A stretch of DNA of 64,000 nucleotides from Iphione sp. A-MEVVRFRX5 (taxonomy: Eukaryota). The notes under the pieces were generated by a model that made no database searches, was not told the origin of the DNA, and saw only the letters and a list, made by a program, of their open reading frames with translations. Location of the stretch: contig OZ320313.1 of assembly GCA_976226885.1 (NCBI GenBank), positions 7,688,001 through 7,752,000 on the forward strand, in the 5' to 3' direction. Shown here in pieces: positions 1-10,796 of this stretch. The first letter of the stretch is position 1, and each line of letters starts with the position of its first letter. Position numbers and translations under genes: made by a program.

Positions 1-171
1 ACAAGAAAATAAAGAGGAGAGCCAATGAAGGGGGGGGGGTTGACAAGTAGACGACGGGGAAGATAGAGACCTCTGCAGTGTGAAGTTCATCTTCAAGGGA
101 CACCTCAACAAGGGACACCTATACAGATAGAGGACAAATGGTGATAATATAGCAAGGAAAATGTCTTAAAC

Positions 172-192
172 ATCATGAAGGCATCATCATGT

Positions 193-224
<32 letters not shown>

Positions 225-257
225 GCACCACCATTGTCAGCATCACCATCACCATCT
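172..257. repeat. (CAT)n/(CAC)n trinucleotide microsatellite
   Basis: catcatcat... tract read directly; it produces the poly-His and poly-Asp ORFs in the track. Confidence 0.9.
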
Positions 258-282
258 CTGTGAGTGGGTATCTCGTTCTGAC

Positions 283-441
283 ATGCGTCCACTTCTGTAC
301 ACAGTTGAAAACTGGGGCTCGAGTAGCGGGTCAGGGAGTGGCGAGTCCGAGAGTGAGCCTGATGCAAATAGCTTAGGTAAAGCGCTAATGCGCTACAGGG
401 ACAAGGTGAAAGCAGCCGCGAGTAATGGTTTATCACAGTGA
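283..441 (+). CDS. Possible 52-aa upstream ORF of LINE A (MRPLLYTVENW...)
   Basis: ATG at 283 just after the microsatellite; non-repetitive sequence; no homology recognised. Confidence 0.3.
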   Translation: MRPLLYTVENWGSSSGSGSGESESEPDANSLGKALMRYRDKVKAAASNGLSQ

Positions 442-717
442 TGTGTTATCGAGGTCATGTTTTATGATGTGATCATCTCTTGTATAGACCCGGACTGAGC
501 CACTTCTCTCATATCTGTATTGATGTGTTTTTCTGAGATCAGTTGCACTCGATCTGCCTAATCATATTATTTATGTTAATCAAGTCTCCACAATCTACCA
601 CATTGCTTTTCTGTATCTGTCAAGATTGTCTAACCATTTAATAATGCACTGCCTATTCGCATATCTATGCTGTCTGTACTCTGTTGTAAATGACACTGCC
701 AACAAGCTTGTGTTTAC

Positions 718-1449
718 ATGAACTTTCTGTTTGCGACAGAGTACGTGTTCAGGAACTTCCTTCATGTTCATGACGCCTTTCGAACTCGGATCATGATCAT
801 CTGTGATACAAGAACGGCCAGTAGCGTGCTAAGATTACGTAGGATTTGCCTGCCTCCAGTGGTAATTAATATTATCCGTGTTCGGAGAGCAAGCTACAGT
901 CGGATACTACGTATAATACAAACCATGGACCCGGCTGATCTGGATGTGATATTAGTTGCAACGGGCACTTTTGATGTGCTCAGGCGTGAGTGTTGTCAAT
1001 GGACTCTTCGCTATCAAAGTGTGATCAGGTATGGAGTGAGAATGAGTGCCACACTCGTTCGCCTGACCAACTACCTGCGTAGGCACAACAACATTGGACC
1101 CAGGCTGGTTTGTGCAACTCTACCTGCGGTCCTACTTCGCAGGTGTGAGCCTGATCTCTTCCTAGACAACCCCTTCCTCCAGATAACCGTCTTTGAAACA
1201 TTCCTGCGTCACAATAACATCGCTCGCCGTACAGGCCTGAGGTATGGAGTGGAGCCACCACGACTTGAGAGTGAGCTTCACGCGGTAATAGGTGACTGGC
1301 CAAGCGTTGACTGGGAGCACTTGACCATGGATGGTATAAGTGTAGAGAGGTACATCTTGATTGAATGGACTGGTGAGATAGCAAGGTTCATAAGGGATTA
1401 CATAGCCTTGTATGGACGCAGGGTGTCTACCATCAGCGACTGGGAATGA
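718..1449 (+). CDS. LINE A ORF1, SGNH/GDSL esterase-like protein with degenerate catalytic motifs
   Basis: Motif order matches SGNH blocks: IICDTR (GDS-like), VILVATGTFD (GxND-like), LVCATLP, LTMDGIS..W (DxxH-like). The layout matches ORF1 of LINE B. Esterase ORF1s are known in CR1/L2 elements. Confidence 0.7.
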   Translation: MNFLFATEYVFRNFLHVHDAFRTRIMIICDTRTASSVLRLRRICLPPVVINIIRVRRASYSRILRIIQTMDPADLDVILVATGTFDVLRRECCQWTLRYQSVIRYGVRMSATLVRLTNYLRRHNNIGPRLVCATLPAVLLRRCEPDLFLDNPFLQITVFETFLRHNNIARRTGLRYGVEPPRLESELHAVIGDWPSVDWEHLTMDGISVERYILIEWTGEIARFIRDYIALYGRRVSTISDWE

Positions 1450-1652
1450 GAGGGACATCAGTATTCAAAATATTATCCTACGCATGATCTATCTCATTTC
1501 CTTGTGTGACAATCATTAACCACCTCCCTTGACCTCCATCGCTATTTCAACCGTTTGCCACTATTATCTCGAGACAATGCCCTGTCTCAAGGGCTAACAG
1601 CTATTGCCACCTACCCGACATACATAATTTTTATTCCAGTTACGAAATCAGG

Positions 1653-1830
1653 TTGTCTTTTGACATGTTTTCTCCCTGTATAACCAATTTATATTCCAGT
1701 ATCCTGTACCCTCTCATACTGTTAATTACCAGACTGTATGTTATCTTTTGATATGTTTTCTCCCAGTATAACCAATTTATATTCCAGTATCCTGTGTACC
1801 TTCTCGTACTGTTAATTACCAGACTGTATG
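1653..1830. repeat. ~88-bp tandem duplication in the LINE A ORF1-ORF2 spacer
   Basis: Two near-identical copies starting at 1653 and 1741 (atgttttctccc.gtataaccaatttatattccagtatcctg...). Confidence 0.85.
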
Positions 1831-2488
1831 TATCTTGATCAGTGTCCACTTTCCCTCCTCTCTTATCAAACAACTCCTGATTTATTTATCTGAGTTGGAT
1901 GGTTACTAAGAGCTAAGTCTCACGAAGCCTATACAGTTACACAAAAATTGATAAATTGTACATTTCCTTTGATTATAATATTATATTTGAGTTACAACTT
2001 AGTGATTACTCCTCTGTGACGAAAGTATCCACAATATTTATCAGTAGGTTACCATAACTCCGATTTTCCCCCCTTGGTTGCCAGAAAGTGCTCCATGATA
2101 CAGAAACTGACACCTCCTTGTACTATCGCCTCCGTGGCCATGTATACCCACTGATAATTGCTTTTCCCTATACTTATAATGGTTTTTACAGCCTTTTTCA
2201 TATGCATCTTTGCCCGCTAGTTATCTTGTTGCACATTGGCGCTGTCCACCTTTAGCACATCTTACCTCCCCCGACCTCGGCTTCCTTGGATAATGACTGA
2301 TTTGATCTCTACTGCATTGTGTTTTGTAGCTACTCTAGGCCAGCCACTATATGTGGCCTTCTCACAGCAGACTCCATTTTATTGTGTGCTGCTGCTCTGT
2401 CACTTGTCGATTGGCCAGTCTCTTCTTCTTTGTGTCTGGAGGAGACAATGAACTCATACATTTCATGCTGAACTTTTGGTTCGACAGC

Positions 2489-5251
2489 ATGGTCTTTACA
2501 ATTATAGGTCTAAACATCAGAAGTTTAGCCAAGAAAACCTGGCTACTTGCCAGTAAATTGGCTGAACACAAGGTGGATATCGCATGCATCACTGAGACCT
2601 GGTTGGGGAGGGTACACAGTGATGCTGATATCGCCATTAACGGATACAATTTGGTTCGCTTAGACCGCACCAATGACCAGGGTGCTAAAGGCGGCGGCTT
2701 GGTCATCTACTTCAAGGATGGGATAAAATACTTAGGAGAAATTCCGATTCCAGCACACGACTCAAAGTGTGAAATGTTGGCTATCCGACTGAAAGTTGGT
2801 AAACACCGACCTTTAAACATTTTGGTCGTCTATCGCCCTCCAGGAGACAAGATACGAGAATCCACCAAGGCGCTGGAGGGTGCACTTAGAAGTCTCCGAG
2901 GCCAACGTCGGTCTGACAGTGTGGTTCTTGGAGACTTCAACTACGATTTCTCTAACTTTGGGAAATCAGGTGCCAGCATCGTTCATCTAATTGCAGGGTC
3001 CGGGTACGTGCAGCAAATATCGGAGCCAACAATGGTCCTAAATGACCATTGCCTGGATCATATATGGACCTCCTTCCATAACCGTACTGATGGTGAGACT
3101 CAGGACTGGTGCCTAAGTGATCACATGGCAACCATGATCAAGTTCAAGAAGGGCTACCATAAGTCTGAGACTCGTCTGGTCACGAGACGTGACTGGAAAA
3201 GGGCAGATATTACTTCCCTTCATGAGAAGTTGAGGGAAAACTCGATGCGGACCGATGGCGATCACGAGGAATCTTGGTTATCCTTTGAGAGCGACCTACG
3301 ACAGGAGCTTGAAAGAGTCTGCCCAGAAAAACAGGTGAGGATACGCATTACCCCGGGGCAACCAGAAACACCAGGCTGGATCGTGGAGCTGGCCAAGGAC
3401 CGACCCCACTACCTCAGTAGGTGGAAGAATACAGGTGATGTGGATGCCTTGAGGATCTACAAACACCTGAATCGCCAGTTAAAGGGGGCCCTGACTGAGG
3501 AGAGGAAATCACAATGGAAGAAAAGGCTAGCTGGTGCTGAGGGTGACACATCAAAGATGTGGGATGTCCTCAATGATGCTTTAAACGCGAAAGGAAGTGT
3601 GGAAAAGCTCCCGGACAGTACTGCGTGGATGGCGAAGCACGGCGTACCGCTTGCAACTTCCTTCAACGATTTTTTCATGGAGGAAGTTGAAAAATTGGTC
3701 CATCCCATAGATGGAGCAGAAGTGTGCAGCGACTTGCTAGCCGGCAGTGGTTTCGAGTTTGATCCTCCATCTCCATGTGACGTGATCCGGATTGTGCAGC
3801 GAATGAACGTGAAAAAATCTTCCGGATTGGAAGGGATACCAAGTAGGGTATTAAAGCCTTTGCTTATGATGTGTCCAGACTACCTGACTTGGTTATACGA
3901 ACGAGTCTTAAAGACTCATCGTTTCCCTAAGAGCTGGAAGAGGGCCCGTGTGACCCCGGTCTACAAGAAGGGCTCTGCCGAAGAACTGGGCAACTATCGC
4001 CCGGTCTCCATCCTTCCAGCTCCAGGGAAAATTTGGGAGAGGTGGTTTACCAAGAAGCTTACGACAGTCTTGGAGGCAAGCAACAAGGTATCGATTGCGC
4101 AGCATGGTTTCCGTGCCGGACGAGGCACAGAAACTGCAGTGGCCAACATCATCAACACCACCAATGAGATGATGAATTCTCAATACTACTGCTGCCTAAT
4201 CCTTTTCGATCTGAGGAAGGCTTTCGACCTGGTGCCGCACTCAAGTGTCCTGAAGCGCCTGAAGGACATGGGTGCGGGACATGGGGTCAGAAGCATGGTC
4301 TCCTCTTATCTGAAGAACCGGACACAATTCGTCCGATGCAGTGGCAAAGACTCTCACGTGCTGAAACTGAACCAAGGTGTACCGCAGGGTTCGATTTTCG
4401 GCCCTGTGGCTTTTAACCTTGTCGTCAACACCCTTTGTGACAAACTTCCGAACAACTGTCATCCGGTCATGTATGCCGATGACTTGACGACTGTGATTTG
4501 GGAGCATGATCTTCTTAAGCTGAGATCACTTGCGCTTCGCACTCTGAACATCGTAGCACAATGGTGTAGCCGGGAGGGGCTGCTGCTCAGCTACTCTAAA
4601 TGCCAATATTGCCCCATGGGCAGAGCGGCTGGTATCCCGGTGGACATTAGCCTTGGGGGAGTTGACCTGGAATGCAGGACCCAAGTAGACATCCTGGGAT
4701 ACAATCTAGATGCTCGCCTAAGAATGCGTGGCAGCATCCAAGGAGTCCTGCGGCGCACATGGGCTGTGTCTCTTCGCATAGGACGAACAAAGTCGTTTCT
4801 ACCGTCAGGTGCAAGAAGACTGCTATTCAAAGTGCTAGTTTTGACTCATTTTCATTACAATGCACTGCTCTGGTACGGGGTTCCCACCTCCCAGATTGTT
4901 AAACTGCAAGTGCATTTGAACAGGTGCGCAAGAGTATGCCTGCAGAGTGGTGAATTTGTACCGGCCAGACTCCTTGCTGAAAGACATGGAATTCCACGTG
5001 TCAGTGACCTGATTGCCAAAAGAGCGATTATTGCTGTGGACAATCAGGTCAGGCTTGGGCTACTGCCGTGGGAGAGAGTTGACAGAATGCGGAGTGGAAG
5101 AGCGGGTAGAGTCAGGACCTGCAAACCAAGGAGCTCCCGCTTCGCTGCCTCGCTCAGACATGCCGGGGTAAGGCGTTGGAATGGCCTTCCGAACATTGTG
5201 AAGGACGGGACGATCAAGGTGTCACATTGGCTTAAAGCACATGGCCAATAG
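2489..5251 (+). CDS. LINE A ORF2: APE endonuclease + reverse transcriptase (frame open from 2351; likely ATG 2489)
   Basis: Endonuclease motifs GLNIRSL, ITETWL, YRPP, LGDFN, DHIW, SDH; RT motifs YRPVSIL, QHGFR, DLRKAFD, GVPQGSIFGP, YADD; CR1-group C-terminus (VLTHFHYNALLW). No internal stops. Confidence 0.96.
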   Translation: MVFTIIGLNIRSLAKKTWLLASKLAEHKVDIACITETWLGRVHSDADIAINGYNLVRLDRTNDQGAKGGGLVIYFKDGIKYLGEIPIPAHDSKCEMLAIRLKVGKHRPLNILVVYRPPGDKIRESTKALEGALRSLRGQRRSDSVVLGDFNYDFSNFGKSGASIVHLIAGSGYVQQISEPTMVLNDHCLDHIWTSFHNRTDGETQDWCLSDHMATMIKFKKGYHKSETRLVTRRDWKRADITSLHEKLRENSMRTDGDHEESWLSFESDLRQELERVCPEKQVRIRITPGQPETPGWIVELAKDRPHYLSRWKNTGDVDALRIYKHLNRQLKGALTEERKSQWKKRLAGAEGDTSKMWDVLNDALNAKGSVEKLPDSTAWMAKHGVPLATSFNDFFMEEVEKLVHPIDGAEVCSDLLAGSGFEFDPPSPCDVIRIVQRMNVKKSSGLEGIPSRVLKPLLMMCPDYLTWLYERVLKTHRFPKSWKRARVTPVYKKGSAEELGNYRPVSILPAPGKIWERWFTKKLTTVLEASNKVSIAQHGFRAGRGTETAVANIINTTNEMMNSQYYCCLILFDLRKAFDLVPHSSVLKRLKDMGAGHGVRSMVSSYLKNRTQFVRCSGKDSHVLKLNQGVPQGSIFGPVAFNLVVNTLCDKLPNNCHPVMYADDLTTVIWEHDLLKLRSLALRTLNIVAQWCSREGLLLSYSKCQYCPMGRAAGIPVDISLGGVDLECRTQVDILGYNLDARLRMRGSIQGVLRRTWAVSLRIGRTKSFLPSGARRLLFKVLVLTHFHYNALLWYGVPTSQIVKLQVHLNRCARVCLQSGEFVPARLLAERHGIPRVSDLIAKRAIIAVDNQVRLGLLPWERVDRMRSGRAGRVRTCKPRSSRFAASLRHAGVRRWNGLPNIVKDGTIKVSHWLKAHGQ

Positions 5252-5259
5252 ATCACCCA

Positions 5260-5508
5260 ATGTCCTCCTTCGCTGTCACTTGGCCCAAGACTGTTATCTA
5301 TCTGCTGAGGCAACCCTTCGACTATAACTGCCCCCAACTCCAGCTGCCTTCTGTGGATACCTCTTTGGTCCATTATGAAGCTTATCAGCTGCGTGTATGC
5401 TCCGATTTCTTTAACCATGGCCTATGGTATGTTTCTCTGGAGATGCACTCTTACAATGGCATCTACGAACTGTTCGTGATGACTGCCGATCATGGCATCC
5501 GCACGTAG
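5260..5508 (+). CDS. Possible 82-aa ORF3 of LINE A, unknown function
   Basis: ATG 8 nt after the ORF2 stop; complex, protein-like composition; lies upstream of the element's 3' tail. Confidence 0.35.
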   Translation: MSSFAVTWPKTVIYLLRQPFDYNCPQLQLPSVDTSLVHYEAYQLRVCSDFFNHGLWYVSLEMHSYNGIYELFVMTADHGIRT

Positions 5509-6362
5509 CACGTTATATCCGTCCAGCCATTTGGCATGACTCTCTCACCCACAGGGTCGCCCTGGGATTAATATAACCCAACCCCTTGTGTCAGACACGT
5601 TTTTCTATCATAGACCACTTACACAAATCGTACTGTTTATCCTGATTTCCCTCATACTGAGCTTACTGGCAATCTAGGTAGGAGATTGGTAGCATTTGAA
5701 ATCGCCCTACATGTGATCTCACTGAATACTTTGACTTGTATTCTGTAATCTTTTCACCAATGGCGAGGCCTCATAGTGAGGTTAGTAACTTGTCAGCTCT
5801 GATCATGTATCTACATGTATAGTCATTACTACATTACGATTGGAGTCTTTTTTGTGTTGTCTATGACGATATCACCTGATTCAATGGACCAGTGCTATTG
5901 TTCGCAACTATCCCTGGACTGCTTTGCTTCTCGTAATACGTAAACCAATTTTTGAAATCTGAGATTGAAGGAAACTGCTGGGTCACTCAGGCGTCTCTTT
6001 AGTGTGACTGTACTTAAAAGATTACCTGCCTTGCGACGTGAAAACCTGCATGTATGTATGTTACTATTATCAGATCTGAGTTTATATGTAATTACATTTG
6101 TGTCTCAGAGTGTAAACGGACTTACTTTCATATTGTATTTGATGATGTCACCAGACTGACTGGCCAGCTCAACTAGTACTGTGTAAGGCAGATGTTCCTG
6201 GATTATTTTTGCTTTCCATGTTGTGACACCAACCATTTCTTGACAACTGTGATTGAAAAGAAAACTGCTGGGTAACTATAGCCCATTTTTCTTTGTGATT
6301 GACATATAGATTACATGCTTATTGACAGATTGCCGTATGTATGTATGTTATTGTTCTGCAAA

Positions 6363-6425
6363 TTCGACACTGATACCTCTGATTGTAATTTACAGAGATG
6401 TTGAATAAAAGAATCAATCAATCAA
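6363..6425 (+). other. LINE A 3' terminus: stem-loop, AATAAA and (AATC)n tail
   Basis: TTCGACA/TGTTGAA and CTCTG/CAGAG pairings immediately before AATAAA, then aatcaatcaatcaa. Confidence 0.65.
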
Positions 6426-7544
6426 AAAGGTGACCTCATTATAATTTGCAAATCATTTTTGAGGTTGGAGAAATATGCACATCCTCATCATTATCATAAT
6501 TCGCCTACTAGCTCAGAAACACTTAATTGAGCATAGATCAAACGTTATTTTGTAGTAGCATTAGAAATATATGGCCTAGTACCATAATAAAAGGTTGATC
6601 AGAGTATAAGTGTGACGCTACAGTTTATTTGTTTCAGCCCCTGCTTGACATGGCTACACATAGACTTTATCCTAAGACAATCATCAGTAGCTTTTATGGG
6701 CCCTTCACTTCCACCTAATACAACGATGCATCTTTTGCCAGTAACCTAGTTATAGCCAATCAGCACACAGAGCAGGAAAGCCATGGTTCTACAAACAACA
6801 GACACATGGCAGGTTTGGTAAACTGCAGAGAAAAGGGTGATTTTTCTTAGGCCACTATGAAAAAACTATGAAAGGTAGGAAGAAATCCTCTGGCATATGT
6901 ATACCTAAAGTATCAAAACTCAATCGATCCAAATATGAAAGATTTCTGTGCAGTGAGTATCAAAATGGTAGCGGTGGAAAGATCAATATTTTTAGGTAGC
7001 AGTCAGTCTGGGATGTTGAGGCAGTGTGTAAGTAGGTCACCATTCACTGCGCCCCCTCACATAAAGGGAAGGGTTGTCAATAAAGCATTCAACCATAACC
7101 ACCTGCAATGCACATTATTTCTCATGTTCATACATTCTATGTTCTTAACAGATATTTTACAGTCTGCTCTTACGTAATATATGCAACCGAACTACAATGT
7201 GGGAAAGAATGGAAATCTGTATCAAATTTCTGGTGATGATTGTTTTTTCACAGGCCAACATCCTTTACAACCATGCAGCCAATACTATATGTTGGACAGA
7301 GGAAGTGGTGTGTTTTGTCATCAAGGAGAAATCCCCTTAATTCCTTGCATTTCTTCACCTTCGTTCGTTACCTTGTGGACCTCTGCTTAGAAATATACAT
7401 TTTTCACTTGACTTGTAGAAGCCTTAAGTAGATTCTTTGATGTTTTGCACCCCACAAATGACGGAAAAGACGGCATATCAACCCTAATAATAGTCTAAAA
7501 GAAAATACCAAAATATTACAACACCTGAAAAACAACCACCTGAG

Positions 7545-7967
7545 ATGACACAGCCCGACGAGACCAAAACGGCTGACGCCCAACCTCCACCAGTGCCTGA
7601 TGACATATTACAACTAGATCTCCAGCTGAACACTTCCAGTGAAGAGGAAGGGGAGATAGAGGACGATGTCACACCGATAATCCCTCCAGCACCAACTATC
7701 AAGAAGAAAGCACTCCTTCCTACACCTGATATCAAACCTACTACCAGTAATAATGAGTATATTCCCCCCGGTAGCGAGAACATTCCTTCCACCTATGTAC
7801 CTACTCGCATTAATCACAAGGATTATTACCTTAGAGTAAAATTCATTCCGGTACATGAGTGGCTATATGACACGTACCTTATGGTATACAAGGCAAATCA
7901 GTATGTAGGAGAACGTATGGCCCAAGCCCTAGTCGAGGAAGGGCTGATGGTCAAGAAGCCACAGTAG
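7545..7967 (+). CDS. 140-aa ORF upstream of a hammerhead ribozyme, probable Penelope-like-element accessory ORF
   Basis: ATG-initiated; acidic/Pro-rich N-half and globular-looking C-half (RINHKDYYLRVKFIPVHEWLYDTY...); followed ~200 nt later by a hammerhead motif and AATAAA. Confidence 0.5.
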   Translation: MTQPDETKTADAQPPPVPDDILQLDLQLNTSSEEEGEIEDDVTPIIPPAPTIKKKALLPTPDIKPTTSNNEYIPPGSENIPSTYVPTRINHKDYYLRVKFIPVHEWLYDTYLMVYKANQYVGERMAQALVEEGLMVKKPQ

Positions 7968-8166
7968 AGTTTATTGTCATGTTACATGTTAAAAAAATTT
8001 TTGTACTACCACCATCATATGTATGAGTAATACAACCAACCCAGTACAGGGCCAGCATGCAGCATCCTTATGAGAAGACTACCATATTTGGAAATCATTA
8101 ATATGTGCATAATTAAATTTTGCATCTAAAGCTATATAATACCACAGTTTAGACCCATTAGTTATC

Positions 8167-8210
8167 ACTCCTGAAGAAGGGCCAAGTCATCAGGCTCCGA
8201 AACGTCGAGT
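8167..8210 (+). ncRNA. Minimal type-I hammerhead ribozyme of Penelope-like-element type
   Basis: Stem I ACUC/GAGU; core CUGAAGA (8171-8177); stem II GGGCC/GGCUC; GAA (8199-8201); loopless palindromic stem III ACGU; GUC cleavage triplet (cut after 8206); AATAAA at 8228-8233. Confidence 0.8.
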
Positions 8211-9858
8211 TTGTAACACATATTAGAAATAAAGCCACAACAAATAACAAAGCAGTGGTCATTGGGTTTTGTTTTGACTTCTGTCTTTATTGAATCTAAA
8301 AGAAAATAAAATAAAGTAGTTCCTTGACAACTTTGATCAGGCGTTATATTTAGCTCCTAAATTTAGCCCCAACCTGCAACTCTCTCTATCCGATTTTGTC
8401 TGTCTGTCTCTTAGCGTTGTATGGAAAACTGTTTTCCGTGATGTTTAGGCGCAATATATCTGCGTCACGAAATAACAACGGCAGTATCCAACGGCTAAAT
8501 TTGACCACTTATAAAACTTAAAAGGATATGATTTGTTAGTACAGACAGGTCATCACCAGCTGTGGTATACAACGCGAGAGAGAGCAGGCTAGAGATTGTT
8601 TTACATGACCCTTGAACCCTGCCTTAACGGCAAAAGAAAATGGATAAGCTTTTAACGGATCATGTTATAGTTGCGGGCGCTTAGCCGTCCCTGTGTCACT
8701 CCTCTCTAAAAGAGTTGTCAAGGGGTTCTTAAGGAGGGATTTACCCGCGTTTTTTTTTCTCCCCTTTTTTTTGCTGGTGGACGCGAGTGGAACTTTACCA
8801 CCTCAGCAAAACAGCCCTCCTCGATTCTGTTGTTACAACGTTGGCTAACTTGAATGCCGCCAGGGTGCGCCGCAGTCGGCCTCACTAATCGTGTCGCCCT
8901 CTTGCGGACCTTTCCGTGCCGAGTTGTACCCCCGCGTAAGGAACGTAAGGAGACGTCACCGCAGTTGTTTGTTTTCCACAGAGAGAGCGAGCTACAGGAA
9001 ACCCGAGTGCCGACTTTGTTTACCGACGAAAGCACTCAGGACAGATGAGAGAGGGAGACCGATCGCCTGGCGCTGACGGACGAAGAAAACAAGCTCCGCA
9101 CTGACGGCCGATTCAACTCGTGGTTGGTCGGACGCGAGGTGCGGCATGTTCCCCGCGTGGTCCCCCGTGAGAACCCGCGAGATTGCTTCCGGGGTCGTTT
9201 TCTCGTTTTTTTTTAACCCTCTGACCAACTTCCGTGCTCTTTTATCTGTCTCATTCATTGTTAGTCTGTCTTTCGGTCTGTCTCTCTTGCTCTCTACCCT
9301 GTATGTCTGTCCTAGGTCTCCCTCCCTCGTTGCCCTTCGATCCCTTTATGCCTTTATCTAGATCTGTCTGCCTCTCTGTTACAAGTCTACCTGTCTCTCT
9401 CTTCTCTTTTCATATGTCTCTTCTCCGTTCTTACCCTCTCTTCTTCCCCTAGAGCCCCTCTCTCTATATATCTATCTATTAATCTGTGGGAAAAACAAAG
9501 ATGCCCTGATCCGTAGCTTTCCATTGTACATGTAGTTAATTATGGGCGCCTGAAAGGAACTACATGTATTTTGCTTTCCAGAGATTTGAGCCTCTAATCC
9601 TTGCTGCTTCTACTGATGGTTAAGGAAACTGGAATTATGTCACTTTGTTTGATTCTTTAGTTGGACCTGATGGTATACATGTGAGCTTTGCGACTTTTAA
9701 AGGTCCGAAAACCTTTGTCTGCCTTGTCCATCCGTCGTCTGACGCACAGACAGAATACATGTCTGTACTCTGCAATATGGCTCCCTCTGCAATATGTCTG
9801 TACTCTGCAATATGGCTCATCGTGCACACTTTGTTCCCCGATGTCAGAAGTTTAACTA

Positions 9859-10053
9859 CAGGCCCGTAGCCAAGGGGGTATCGGGGGTATCGTTCGATAC
9901 CCCACACAGAAGCCAGGAGTTCCACTCTAATATATAATTATGTATGTATATATTATTTATATGCATCCAAGGTGGGGATTGGTTCCACCCCTGCAGTATT
10001 GGGGGTATCGTCCGATACCCCCCCCCCAACAAAACTTCCTGGCTACGGGCCTG
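9859..10053. mobile_element. MITE with 14-bp TIRs (CAGGCCCGTAGCCA), copy 1
   Basis: Perfect 14-bp TIRs; internal GGGGTATCG..CGATACCCC hairpins near both ends; flanked on both sides by AACTA. Confidence 0.85.
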
Positions 10054-10796
10054 AACTATAGGAGAAAGATAGACAGATACGTGTCCATCTCTTAGAAAGT
10101 AGCTTAGAGAAAAAGAGTAGACTGAGAAAAGAAGTAGACTGAATTTACTTGATGACATACCGTCCAAATATAGCACCAGACAATAGCCTTCAGGTTACTT
10201 CTAACCACAATCTAAAGGCCTGGCGATCTGCCCCACCTCCTATGTCTCTTACATGTAATTTAATAAGACGAGTAGTGATAACAAGCCAGACAGGAAGAGA
10301 TCCAGGCCAGAAAAAATGGGTAGAACTTCAAACGCATTCGTGGGTGTGTTTTTTTCTCTGGTTAAAAGCAGATTGAACACCGGGATTGAACCCGACTATA
10401 CGACACTCTTGGATCCGTGGTGGCTTTTTTGTTAGCTCTAAGAACATTTATGAGTATGGAGGGCGTTATATTTTTTAAAAAATTTAATTGGTTAATGGTA
10501 AATGTAAAATGTGTTAATGGCTAATGCGAATGCGATTATGAAGTCGATGAGTGTTGCGATTTCACGTCAACATTTGCCGAAATAATTATGTTACTCAAAC
10601 GCCTCCAAAGTCACCGTGGATTTTTCTACTCTTGGTGCATGGTTTTAAGCAGAACCCTAACCACCTATTTCCTCTTGATAGTGAATCGAAAAGGGATTAA
10701 ACTAAGGGATATATCGTAACCCATCCACCCCACTAAGGGGGGGGGGCTATGACCACGCACACAGGTTAGGTATGTATCCTCATGCAGATCCGTATC

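Larger units (their letters stand above)
255..6425 (+). mobile_element. Non-LTR retrotransposon A, CR1 group (CR1/L2/Crack/Daphne-like), probably full length
   Basis: Esterase-like ORF1 plus an intact APE endonuclease-RT ORF2; ends in AATAAA (6404-6409) and an (AATC)n tail (6412-6425). The 5' boundary is approximate and no TSD was found. Confidence 0.8.

Noticed and set aside
173-441. Poly-His (+) and poly-Asp (-) ORFs
   Set aside because: They are read-throughs of the (CAT)n microsatellite; only the part from ATG 283 is kept as a weak candidate.
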